Below are positions 35,884-44,933 of a stretch of DNA of 51,788 bases, in pieces. Below the pieces are notes generated by a model. The model saw nothing but the letters and a program-made list of their open reading frames with translations, had not been told where the DNA came from and ran no database searches. The position numbers were made by a program, and so were the translations under genes. Every line of letters begins with the position of its first letter. Position 1 is the first letter of the stretch. The stretch comes from Planctomycetota bacterium (lineage in GTDB: Bacteria; Planctomycetota; B129-G9): assembly GCA_043816375.1 (NCBI GenBank), contig JBDRIB010000280.1, forward strand, positions 1-51,788. The letters run 5' to 3'.

Positions 35884-35912
35884 GCCGCGTATGCGTTAAA
35901 TAGAATGCCCCA
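35884..35912 (+). promoter_or_regulatory. Candidate sigma70 promoter for the 35948 gene
   Basis: TTGACC, 17 nt, TAGAAT. Confidence 0.5.
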
Positions 35913-35947
35913 AATTTACCCACTCCAATTCCAGTAAGAAGAATCCG

Positions 35948-38788
35948 ATGCGAAGGCGCATTATCATTCTGATTCCCGCTGCGGCTGCGATTGCGGTGCT
36001 GCTGTTTCTGCTGGACTTCCTCGTCCTCGCCTCGCCGGCGCAGATTGAAATGCAGTTGCGGGAACAGTTGAAAAAGCAACTGGCCGCAGATGTGGAATTC
36101 GACCTGATAACGCGTCACTTCTTCAGTACACAGGTCAAGATAGACAACATCCGCCTCACATCCCTGTCAGGCGAAAAGGAAGAGTTTCTGAGAGCCGACA
36201 AGATGGAGGTGAGGCTGAACCCGCTCGCGGTCTTCGGCGCACCGCCGATTAAGAAGATAAAACTCATCAGCCCCGTAATTACGCTTGCCCGAGATAACGA
36301 GGGGCAATGGAATTTCCCGCTGACCGCGCGCGAAGACGCCGAGGACCCGCTGAAGAGCATGATGCGCCCGCCCTCAGCCACGCCGATGCCGAAAATAGAC
36401 CTCGACAACGCGAGGATTGATATTCGCGACGAAGCCACCGGAGAAGAAGACTCTTTTGCCGGGCTGAACTTCACGGTCGAAATGGGCGGACAGGAGGAAG
36501 CCCGGTCGCTCTCGATGGCGTACTTCTTCGAACCCGAGGCGAATAACGGAAGACATCTGCAACTGACCTTCACCATTCCGAACGACGGCGAGGGAATGAG
36601 CGTCACGACAAGCGGTGAAGGACCGAACCATCTCGTGCTGAACGAGAATATGAGAAAACTGCTCACGCATCTCAGCCGTGAGAATATACTCTTTGCGCAG
36701 GACTTGCTGAAACACTGGGACTCGCTTAACCTGGAGGGCGCAATCCGCGTCGATTCCTTCCGGCTTCATCAATACCCCAAGGCCCCTTCCGGGGAGCAGT
36801 GGCGCGCAGCGGGAAGTTTCTACCTGGAAGACTGTTCGCTGGAGCACGACAAAGTGCCCTACCCGGCAAGAAGCGTCACGGGCAGGCTGCTGCTTGACGG
36901 CAAGAACATCGAGTTAGTTAACGTTACTGGCTTAAGCCCCGACGGCCGGGGGCGAATAACGGCCAACGGAAGCATCTTTAACGGCGAATACGACCTGAAA
37001 CTCGTCTGCAAAAACATCCCCATCGACGAAACGGCGCGCGGCGCGCTGCCCGAAGGAATCCTTAAAATAGCAGACCATTACATATACAGGCCGGAGAAAG
37101 GCCCCTGGAACTCGGGCTACGCCGACCTGACCTGTATCCTCAAGAGCCAAAACGGCAAGCCCGTCTCCCGCGTGACGGTGGACATCCATAAGGGAAAAGC
37201 GTGGATGTCGTACTTCCCCTATCTCATAACGGATATTGAAGGAAGGCTTATCATAGACGGTTATGAAGTGACGATTGCAAACCTGAAGGGCCGCCACGGC
37301 AACGGGGAGATTTGGGCACGCGACGGAGTCGCCAACTGGGGCAAAATCAATGTCGATGTGCACGCCGAAAACGTATTGATGGATCCGGCCTTCGGCAATG
37401 CGCTGCAGGGCAACTTCCGCGCTGCATACAATCGCCTCAATCCATCCGGCACGGTCGATTTCGCCGTGCGCGTGAGACAAAACTCCATCGATGAGCCGGT
37501 TCGCGTGGTCGCCGACGTCACTTCCGAAAAAACGCTGTCGTTCAAATACGATGGATTGCCGCTGTCGGTCGAGGCGGTCACAACCGACTTCACCGTTTAC
37601 GAGGAAAAACTGGTGGTGAGAAAATTCGCCGGCACCATCGGCGGCGCCACGATAGCGATGAACGACGCCAACAGGGGCGTGTACGAATTCGGGAAATCCT
37701 CCGCTGCCGCATCGTTTTCCATCAAAAAAATCGAGGGGCTTACGCTGAGCAGCAGCAACGTCTCCGCCCTGCCGGGGGGGATGGGCAAAACCCTCGCCGC
37801 CCTCAAGACCGGGGGCAGGGTGGATATCGAAGACCTTAATATGCTCTACACCCAAAACGGGGAGGAAACGACTTACAGTTTTTCGCTCCGGATTCACTGT
37901 CACGACGTTTCCTTCGGAAAAAGAGGCATCCTGAGCAAACTGAACGGCGTCGTGGACCTTACCGTCCAGGACAAAGGCAACGGCGCCTTATCTGCAGAGG
38001 GAGAGATAAAAGACTTCGACTTCACCGTGCTGGGAATCAAAGCGAATATTACGAAGGGCGAAATCACGCCCGTGAGTACGAACAACAGCAAAGAGGAGAA
38101 CTCCAATCCTCATATGCTTTCATTTGCCGGAAATATGCACGGCCGGGCCGACAAAAGCAACCTGTTCGGCTCGCTCACCTTCAATCTCGGTGAGGGCAGC
38201 GGATACACAGGCGAAATCAAAGTGATGGGCGCCGACATCAAAGACATCCTGACCGACCTCGGCCAGGATGCATCCACTATCAGCGGCAAACTGAGGGGCT
38301 ACCTGAATATCAGCGGCGACGGCGAAGATATGTCCAAGTTGAAAGGCGAGGGCCTGCTGCGTTTCACGGAGGCGAACCTGATAGAACTGCCGATAATTCT
38401 TGCGCTGAAAAGCCTGCTCAAAGGCAGACCGCCCGCGGCGCAGGTCATAAACCGGGGGGAAGTCCACCTTGAACTGCGCGACTCGGCCTTTGAACTCGAA
38501 AAAATACTTTTGAAAAGCGATGCCCTCACCATCGCCGGTCACGGCCGCATAGACTTCAACGGCGATACGAACGTGACGCTTTACAGCGACACGATTCTCG
38601 ATGGCATCCCGGTGGTGGACGCGCTGATGAGACTGATAAGCAAAAAAATATATGCGGTGACTATACAGGGGAAATTTATGGAGCCGAAAATCGGCCCGGC
38701 GTCGATAGGACAGCGGGTAAAAAGCATTCCGGAGGACATACTGGAAATGCTGAAGGACCTCCCCGGCGTGGACATCGGCGGGGATTGA
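35948..38788 (+). CDS. Large membrane-anchored AsmA-like / TamB-like protein
   Basis: 946 aa. N-terminal TM anchor, then a long beta-rich body with AsmA-like N- and C-terminal regions (...ITLARDNEGQWNF...; ...TIAGHGRIDFNGDTNVTLYSD...). The family call is tentative. Confidence 0.55.
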   Translation: MRRRIIILIPAAAAIAVLLFLLDFLVLASPAQIEMQLREQLKKQLAADVEFDLITRHFFSTQVKIDNIRLTSLSGEKEEFLRADKMEVRLNPLAVFGAPPIKKIKLISPVITLARDNEGQWNFPLTAREDAEDPLKSMMRPPSATPMPKIDLDNARIDIRDEATGEEDSFAGLNFTVEMGGQEEARSLSMAYFFEPEANNGRHLQLTFTIPNDGEGMSVTTSGEGPNHLVLNENMRKLLTHLSRENILFAQDLLKHWDSLNLEGAIRVDSFRLHQYPKAPSGEQWRAAGSFYLEDCSLEHDKVPYPARSVTGRLLLDGKNIELVNVTGLSPDGRGRITANGSIFNGEYDLKLVCKNIPIDETARGALPEGILKIADHYIYRPEKGPWNSGYADLTCILKSQNGKPVSRVTVDIHKGKAWMSYFPYLITDIEGRLIIDGYEVTIANLKGRHGNGEIWARDGVANWGKINVDVHAENVLMDPAFGNALQGNFRAAYNRLNPSGTVDFAVRVRQNSIDEPVRVVADVTSEKTLSFKYDGLPLSVEAVTTDFTVYEEKLVVRKFAGTIGGATIAMNDANRGVYEFGKSSAAASFSIKKIEGLTLSSSNVSALPGGMGKTLAALKTGGRVDIEDLNMLYTQNGEETTYSFSLRIHCHDVSFGKRGILSKLNGVVDLTVQDKGNGALSAEGEIKDFDFTVLGIKANITKGEITPVSTNNSKEENSNPHMLSFAGNMHGRADKSNLFGSLTFNLGEGSGYTGEIKVMGADIKDILTDLGQDASTISGKLRGYLNISGDGEDMSKLKGEGLLRFTEANLIELPIILALKSLLKGRPPAAQVINRGEVHLELRDSAFELEKILLKSDALTIAGHGRIDFNGDTNVTLYSDTILDGIPVVDALMRLISKKIYAVTIQGKFMEPKIGPASIGQRVKSIPEDILEMLKDLPGVDIGGD

Positions 38789-38903
38789 CCGGGCCGGCTG
38801 CCAGGTTGTACAAACGAGAAAAGCAGGCGAGCAAAAAAGGAGGGAATCATTTAACCGCCAAGAGTTTATCCCGAACCGAAGGGAGGGGCCAAAGGCGCCA
38901 AGT

Positions 38904-38927
38904 AAAAAAGGGGAGCGGATGCTCCCC
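38904..38927 (-). terminator. Rho-independent terminator (minus strand) downstream of the ankyrin gene
   Basis: GGGGAGC-ATCC-GCTCCCC followed by T6 on the minus strand. Confidence 0.75.
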
Positions 38928-38957
38928 TGGTGAACAGTTTGCGGTTGTCTGTGCCCG

Positions 38958-39023
38958 CTATTCGGGCTGCTCGGATTCGCCTATATGTTCTTCTGCCTGC
39001 TCCAACAATTTCTTCTCCGCCTT
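38958..39023 (-). pseudogene. 3' stump of a paralogue of the 33528-34127 gene
   Basis: Reads AEKKLLEQAEEHIGESEQPE*, compared with ...AEAEKKLLEESEENKAKTGQPKSQPSE*. There is a 22-nt identity (39001-39022 = 33586-33607) and a shared (T/C)TATTCGG at the stop. Confidence 0.5.
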
Positions 39024-39024
39024 A

Positions 39025-40509
39025 CTATTTGGCCCCGTGTTGGCGCAGCAATTCTGATACACCACTATGGTGTTTGTTCACAGCTATTGCCAGAGCTGTC
39101 TCTCCATCGTTGGTTCTTGTGTTAACCTCACAGCCAGCCTCTATCAGAGTTCTCACTACATCTACATCTCCATGCATGGCTGCAGCGTGCAACGGCGTCC
39201 AGTTATCGTGATCCTTTGCATCGACGTCAGCAGCCTTGTCAACTAGGATTTGAACCACTTCTTTTCTCGCCCAAAAGGCGGCCTGATGAAGTGGAGTCCC
39301 ACCTTCCTTGTCTCTTGAGTTAACGTTTGAGCCTTTTGCGACTAGTAGTTCAACTACTTCTTTGTTGTTGCCCCATCTAGCGGCGTAATGCAGCGGGGTA
39401 CTGCCTTCCTTGTTTCTTGAGTTAACATCAGAACCTTTTACAACAAGCAACTCAACCATCTTTAAGTTGCCACTCCATGCGGCACCGTGGAGTGGAGTTT
39501 CTTCAAGAAAGCCCTTGGTATTAACGTCTGCGCCTTTGGCGATCAAGATTTTCGCTAGTGCAATATGGCCCCCTCTCGACGCAGCATGTAATGCAGCATT
39601 GCCGCCGCTCTTATGGTACTTGGCGTTTACATCAACACCTTTGGTTATAAGTAGTCTCGCTGTGTCCGTCCAATCATCCAAAGCCGCCCAATAAAGGAGA
39701 TTTATTCCTTCTTGGTTCCTAGAGCTGAAATAAGCACCTTTTTCAACAAACAGTTTGGCAATGTCTCTACATTCATTTTGTATGGCCACAAGCAAGGGTG
39801 TAAGACCCTCTTGGTCTTTTGCGTCAATGTCCGCACCGTTTTCAAGTAGAAAGACAGCAATATTCTGATGTCCATACTCTGCGGCATTATGAAGAGGACT
39901 TCGGCCTTTTCTGTTTTTTGAATTGACGTTGGCTCTTTGGTCGATAAGGAACTGCAGCATGTCTAAGCCGCAGTCGGAATAGCCGACGGCACGATGTAGT
40001 GGCGTGTCACCATCGTTATTCTTTGCTTCGACATCAGCACCTTTAAGCAACAGTAACTCCGCCGTCTCTTTCTCATTTCCAACAACAGCCCAGTGCAGAG
40101 GCGTGTCACCCTCGGCGCCTGTGGCGTTTGGCTTCGCACCTGCTACGATAAGCAACTCCGCAATATTTTTGGAGTCGACAGCCAGATGCAATGGAGTATT
40201 ACCCGCCCCATTTGTTTTATTGACATCCGCCCCATTGTCAATAAGGAATTCAACGATCTGCCTCTCCTTATACATTATTGCGCAGATGAGCGGTGTCTCA
40301 CCGAATTTATTCACTGCATTGACGAGAGAGGGCTCTTCCTTAATCAGGCTCTTGACTCTTCCTAAGTCACCTACTTTACATGAAAAATAAATGTCATCTT
40401 GCGCAGTGCAAGAACTCAGAAGTGTCAGTGCGGTTGCCCAAACTAGGCATAGCCTGATTCGCGATGCCATAAACGGCACCTTCTTTTGGTCAATCGTATG
40501 GCTCAACAT
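39025..40509 (-). CDS. Ankyrin-repeat lipoprotein (about 14 ANK repeats), AT-richer than its neighbours
   Basis: Lipobox-like LTLLSSC after the signal peptide, then repeated G-TPLH-A-..G....V.LL...GA.VN units. GGAGG Shine-Dalgarno. Confidence 0.85.
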   Translation of the reverse strand: MLSHTIDQKKVPFMASRIRLCLVWATALTLLSSCTAQDDIYFSCKVGDLGRVKSLIKEEPSLVNAVNKFGETPLICAIMYKERQIVEFLIDNGADVNKTNGAGNTPLHLAVDSKNIAELLIVAGAKPNATGAEGDTPLHWAVVGNEKETAELLLLKGADVEAKNNDGDTPLHRAVGYSDCGLDMLQFLIDQRANVNSKNRKGRSPLHNAAEYGHQNIAVFLLENGADIDAKDQEGLTPLLVAIQNECRDIAKLFVEKGAYFSSRNQEGINLLYWAALDDWTDTARLLITKGVDVNAKYHKSGGNAALHAASRGGHIALAKILIAKGADVNTKGFLEETPLHGAAWSGNLKMVELLVVKGSDVNSRNKEGSTPLHYAARWGNNKEVVELLVAKGSNVNSRDKEGGTPLHQAAFWARKEVVQILVDKAADVDAKDHDNWTPLHAAAMHGDVDVVRTLIEAGCEVNTRTNDGETALAIAVNKHHSGVSELLRQHGAK

Positions 40510-40943
40510 AGCTAACCTCCAGCGTACTTATCTACGGGTTTCGGTCAAAGACGTTTGTCTTAGGTAGTCGTAGTTCCGCGACATTGGAATCCCAAAATCT
40601 CGGGCCATACAATCTAAGCAGAAGAAATGATGGATGGCATCCCGATACAATGCTTATGCAACAGATCTCGCTTTTTACGACCTCGGTGCCTTAACGTTCA
40701 TCTTCCCATAATGTCCACCATTCTCCGCCGGTTTCGTAGGCGAGAGTGTAGATTGTGGGTTTGCCGTCCCTACGGACGGCCCGCCCGGTACGGGCCTGTA
40801 GGGTAGGGACCGTAAACATCGTATTCACATCTTTCGACGACCGGGACGGCAGAGCGACCATTATTCTAAAGCATTATCCGGTCTGTTCAGGTAAGACAGT
40901 GTCCAAGAGATTATGCGCAGGCCACTTGCGAAGAATACGCTCG

Positions 40944-40997
40944 GGTCAGACCCCATTCTACGAGCTGGTCTCCAACTTCGTCGGAGTCTGCGCTCCG
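40944..40997 (+). repeat. Degenerate half copy of the type I element
   Basis: GGTCAGACCCCATTCTACGAGCTGGTCTCCAACTTCGTCGGAGTCTGCGCTCCG aligns with the left half of E1. Confidence 0.6.
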
Positions 40998-41045
40998 TAA
41001 ATGGGGTACGACCCGTCGCTAACCTGGCTTAAGCGGATAATGCTT

Positions 41046-43316
41046 TTATTCTATCATCGGGAAGACGGTCTGCAGAAAACTCTTTACGATAAACAGGCCG
41101 GAACGACGCCTCGCAGCCGCAAGCATCGTCACCTCACGCTTCGTCTTTGCCATCGAGGGAGCAATCCCGCACAATATTGAGGCCCCGCCCTCAAAATCCC
41201 CCGCAAAGACCCTCGCCTCCCCGAAGTTCACAACGTCCCGGAACAAAAGATTTTCTTTCGGCAATTTCGAATAACTGTCCACCGACCACTGATAATAGCC
41301 CCTGTACAAACAACACCGCGCCAGAAGCAGACGCGCATCAGTCCCCGCGCCCAGATTAACCGCCGCTCCGAAATGCCTCACGGCGTCGTCCAGTTCCCGC
41401 ATCAGCCTTTGCTCCGGATATCGCGTCTCGTCAAACTGCGCGTCCAACTGCGCCCTCGTGCGAGCGCCTCCGCGCAGGAGGTCAACCGCGCGGATGTAAT
41501 GAACCATTCCCGCCTCATAGCGCACATCAGGCGCGGACGGGTCGAAGAGCGCGGCATACCTGAGATACCGCAGGGCCCCGTCGCTCCTGTCCCTGCGCGC
41601 GAGCAGAAATGCTTCCGCGTAAAGGACGCGTGCAAATCCCCCGTTTAATTCGTCCTCGGGCCGGATTATCAGGGCGCAGTCGAACATCGCCTCCGCGGTC
41701 GTGTAAAAACCGTTCCGCAGAAAAAGCAGGCCGGTGCTGCGAAGTTCCTCCGCGCGCGTGCTCTTTACGTCGCGGCCGCCGCCGGAAAGCAGATAGCGCA
41801 CCGCCTTCGGCTTGTCGGCTAAGAACCTGAGATAACTCGCCGAGGCACGCTCCAAATCTCCGGCCGCTTCTGCGGCATTGCTGATTCCGAGATAAATTTC
41901 GAGTCGCCTGTCTTCATCGGTTGTCTGGGACAGCATTTGTTCATACTGCGAAATCTGGGCGTTGATTCGCTCATCGCGCGGCACCGTCGCCAGCCTCAGG
42001 AAAGAGAACAGCAGGCTGCCCAGGCCAAGCGCGATTATCGCGGCGCACAACAATTGCACGCGCCGCTGAAAGGCCGAGGCAACCGACGGTTTTTGCATTG
42101 CGGCCGCGAGGAAGCCGACGCGCTTCGCAATGCTTGAATGCATCCACGACGGCATCGCGCGCACATTGCCGCTGAGCGCGGCGACCTTCTCCAGCGCGCT
42201 TATGAAAACCCGCGCATCGCCGGCCACCCTGCAGCCGTACAAATCGGCCTGGCGCTCGAACCGCCGGGATATGAAACCGAAGACTATTCCGATAAACAGA
42301 CCGAACGTGACGGCAAACTGGATGATGATGTTGAGCGGCTCGGACGATGTTTGAAACGGCTCGAGCAGATACATCGAGAGAAACGATATCGTCATCAGGA
42401 ACGCCGCGTAGTAGGCGATATGCCCGTGATGCGCGTGGCCGAGTTCGTGCCCGAAAACCGCTTCGACTTCATCCGGACTCAGGTTCTGCACAAGGCCGTC
42501 GGTGAGTATGACGTAACGCAGCCTCGGAAAGAGCCCGAGCGCCGCGGCGTTCACGATGCTGCCCCCGCCGGTATGCCAGAGCAGTATATCGCGCACTTTC
42601 ACGTTGTTGCGGCGGCAAACCTGCTCCAGTCGCCGCCGGAGAGGGCCGTCCGGGAAACTCTCCACCTTCCACATAAACCGCGCCAGCAACGGTATGAGGG
42701 TGTAAACAAGCGCCATTATCGGCACAAATGAAATCAGCATTACCTCCGGGTACAGAACCAGAAACATCTCAACGTTGCGGAATCCACTTACGGCTTCCAT
42801 TGCAAAACTGAAAGTGAGCAGCGCCACGATGATGACGGCGGCCTGGCGCCCCTGGAAACTGATGTACTGCCTGAGGGTCCACTTTCTGAAGCCGAAGGCC
42901 TTTTCGAGCAGGTGGAAGACGGACCAGGAAACAAGAAGAAGGGCGAAGAACGGCGCGAGTTCCACAAGCACGTGGACAAAAAACACGCCTGCGACACACC
43001 AGGCGAAGTTGTACCAGTTCAGCACCACAAGAATTACAAAGTAACAGATTAGCATCGCAATCTTGTAGAAGAACGCAAACTTCCGCGTTGCCAGGTACAG
43101 GGCCTGCCGTTGCTGAGGCCGCGCGAGCACGCTCCTGTGAATGTAGCGAGCCACAATCAGTCCCGCCGCGCCGAACAGAACCAGCAGCCCGCCGGACAGC
43201 AGAGGAGTAAGCAGGAGCACATCGGGAGAGCCGGATTGTATCAGCATCGCCTCGCGGAAATAGAAGGCGCTCTGCTGTATGAGAAATGCTATGAGTATGA
43301 GAAAGATATTAAGCAT
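41046..43316 (-). CDS. Polytopic M48-family zinc metalloprotease with C-terminal TPR-like domain
   Basis: Multiple N-terminal TM helices, HELGHAHHGH (HExxH), further TMs, then about 300 aa of TPR-like helical repeats. Confidence 0.8.
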   Translation of the reverse strand: MLNIFLILIAFLIQQSAFYFREAMLIQSGSPDVLLLTPLLSGGLLVLFGAAGLIVARYIHRSVLARPQQRQALYLATRKFAFFYKIAMLICYFVILVVLNWYNFAWCVAGVFFVHVLVELAPFFALLLVSWSVFHLLEKAFGFRKWTLRQYISFQGRQAAVIIVALLTFSFAMEAVSGFRNVEMFLVLYPEVMLISFVPIMALVYTLIPLLARFMWKVESFPDGPLRRRLEQVCRRNNVKVRDILLWHTGGGSIVNAAALGLFPRLRYVILTDGLVQNLSPDEVEAVFGHELGHAHHGHIAYYAAFLMTISFLSMYLLEPFQTSSEPLNIIIQFAVTFGLFIGIVFGFISRRFERQADLYGCRVAGDARVFISALEKVAALSGNVRAMPSWMHSSIAKRVGFLAAAMQKPSVASAFQRRVQLLCAAIIALGLGSLLFSFLRLATVPRDERINAQISQYEQMLSQTTDEDRRLEIYLGISNAAEAAGDLERASASYLRFLADKPKAVRYLLSGGGRDVKSTRAEELRSTGLLFLRNGFYTTAEAMFDCALIIRPEDELNGGFARVLYAEAFLLARRDRSDGALRYLRYAALFDPSAPDVRYEAGMVHYIRAVDLLRGGARTRAQLDAQFDETRYPEQRLMRELDDAVRHFGAAVNLGAGTDARLLLARCCLYRGYYQWSVDSYSKLPKENLLFRDVVNFGEARVFAGDFEGGASILCGIAPSMAKTKREVTMLAAARRRSGLFIVKSFLQTVFPMIE

Positions 43317-43376
43317 GACTTGCGATATGGAGCCGCGAACGACCGGCTCGTTCGGGCGTGCCGACGAAAAACCTTA

Positions 43377-43802
43377 TCAGGAAGACGGCATATCAATAAT
43401 TCTCTTCTTTTCTTCTTCGGTCTTGCGTTTGCGGAAGAAGAAGTCCTTTCTGAGCACGTCGAGTTTGTTCCTCGTCTCGCGTTCGATGGCGGTGAAGCGC
43501 ACGCCGATTCTGTATGCCTGCTTTCCGCTGACAACCTGGGACCAGACCACCCTGCCCCGGAACATCAGATAACTGATGAAGGCGGGTACCTTGACAAGAA
43601 TGCAAAGTCTCTCTTCGGGCTTCATATGCTGCCGCGAGACAAACTGCAGCCCGCCACCGCTTATGTTTACCAGGCTGACGGGCTTCCCCTTCGGCTTGCG
43701 CAGATATCGCGGGATGATATAGTTCGCGACGTAAACCTCGCTCTCGGGCACAGCAAAACGCGGCCATCGACGCCTGTCCACCTGTCGTTGCGCGTTGCTC
43801 AT
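43377..43802 (-). CDS. PilZ-domain c-di-GMP receptor
   Basis: RRRWPR (RxxxR) and NISGGG (D/NxSxxG) motifs at canonical spacing. The start is taken at Met28 of the track ORF. Confidence 0.8.
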   Translation of the reverse strand: MSNAQRQVDRRRWPRFAVPESEVYVANYIIPRYLRKPKGKPVSLVNISGGGLQFVSRQHMKPEERLCILVKVPAFISYLMFRGRVVWSQVVSGKQAYRIGVRFTAIERETRNKLDVLRKDFFFRKRKTEEEKKRIIDMPSS

Positions 43803-43902
43803 CCTTACCCTTTCCAATTTCGCTTTGGCCGTCCGAATTAATGCGCCAAATAAATTGACAAAACTATTAAATAAAGGGAGCAACCCTCATGGAGCAGGAC
43901 GT

Positions 43903-44205
43903 CTAACTCCCGCCTTTACCTTCTCCGCTTTTCTGGGGCGACATTATCAGCCCGATTACCATCACCATCGCCGCAACTCCCCCGATTATCGCCGCCACCT
44001 TATAAGACATCTCCAGCAGAATGACCGCCCCCAGAATGCACACCGTCAACATAAAAAGCACAAACAGAATGTGAGCGCGCTCCAGCCGAACCAGTCTGCC
44101 GGCCTTCGCACGCTCAACCCGCTCGCGGACAAGTTCCTGCTTAACCTTTTCTATTACAACACTCTCCTCAAGTTTTGTCTCAACTTTTTTGTTTTCTTCG
44201 CTCAT
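43903..44205 (-). CDS. Small membrane protein (coiled-coil N-terminus, 2 TM)
   Basis: 100 aa with a charged helical N-terminus and then two hydrophobic helices. Confidence 0.55.
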   Translation of the reverse strand: MSEENKKVETKLEESVVIEKVKQELVRERVERAKAGRLVRLERAHILFVLFMLTVCILGAVILLEMSYKVAAIIGGVAAMVMVIGLIMSPQKSGEGKGGS

Positions 44206-44309
44206 AAGGCATCCCTGCTCTTCTTGCGTCTTCGGAGTCTGCCGACGCTCATTATACCAGAGCCCCGGCGCGGCGCAATACTATTGCGGCCCTCCCGGAT
44301 AACGCGGGG

Positions 44310-44861
44310 TTATTCGGGCAGGGGAACCGCCTCGCCGCGGGAAAGAGGTATGGGGATGAAAAACAACCTGAACTCTTTCTTCGCTCCCACACGCCGGTAA
44401 AGAAAGAGCGGCGTGATGTACCAGGAACGCGAAGAAACGCCCTCGAGCAGGCTTTTTCGAGAGCCGTAGAGGATTACCGCGCACTGCGTCTCTTTGTCGT
44501 ACGATTTCCCGTCCGCCGCCTCCCAGCCCTTCGAGACGGTGAGAAGCGGAATGGAAACGAACAGGGATTGCCGCCCGCCGCCGGCATCCACCGTCCGTTC
44601 GGACGAGGTCGCCAGCGGAGCGATGAACAGTTTACGACAGGAGGCTCCGTCGGTCCCGGAATGAGTTCTCTTTGCAATAACAAGCGGCAGAAAAACAACA
44701 TTGCGGTCCGTTGCGGTCTCGGTCTTTGATTCGGTTACAACGCTCATCGTCGGCACAACGAATGTGCGCCGCACGCCGGTCTCTTTGTCGGTCCTTGTGA
44801 TGCACCCGCAGGCGCAAATCGCCAAAGCCGTCATAATCAGCAACAGGGTCGCGCCTCTCAT
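44310..44861 (-). CDS. Lipoprotein with repeated hydrophobic-Pro-Leu strands
   Basis: Signal/lipobox LAICACGC. Five to six repeats: VVFLPLV, LFIAPLA, LFVSIPLL, WYITPLFL, LFFIPIPL. Confidence 0.55.
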   Translation of the reverse strand: MRGATLLLIMTALAICACGCITRTDKETGVRRTFVVPTMSVVTESKTETATDRNVVFLPLVIAKRTHSGTDGASCRKLFIAPLATSSERTVDAGGGRQSLFVSIPLLTVSKGWEAADGKSYDKETQCAVILYGSRKSLLEGVSSRSWYITPLFLYRRVGAKKEFRLFFIPIPLSRGEAVPLPE

Positions 44862-44933
44862 TGCTTTCCCCCCTTAACAAATGTCTGTCCAGGCTCACGC
44901 TTCGCAAGTCCGGCACGGCCGGACACATCGCGC

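Noticed and set aside
33255-41045. Integron-like gene cassettes (promoterless cargo genes plus attC)
   Set aside because: No integrase is present and there are no RYYYAAC/GTTRRRY attC core sites at the cassette borders. Both cargo genes also appear to have their own expression signals.
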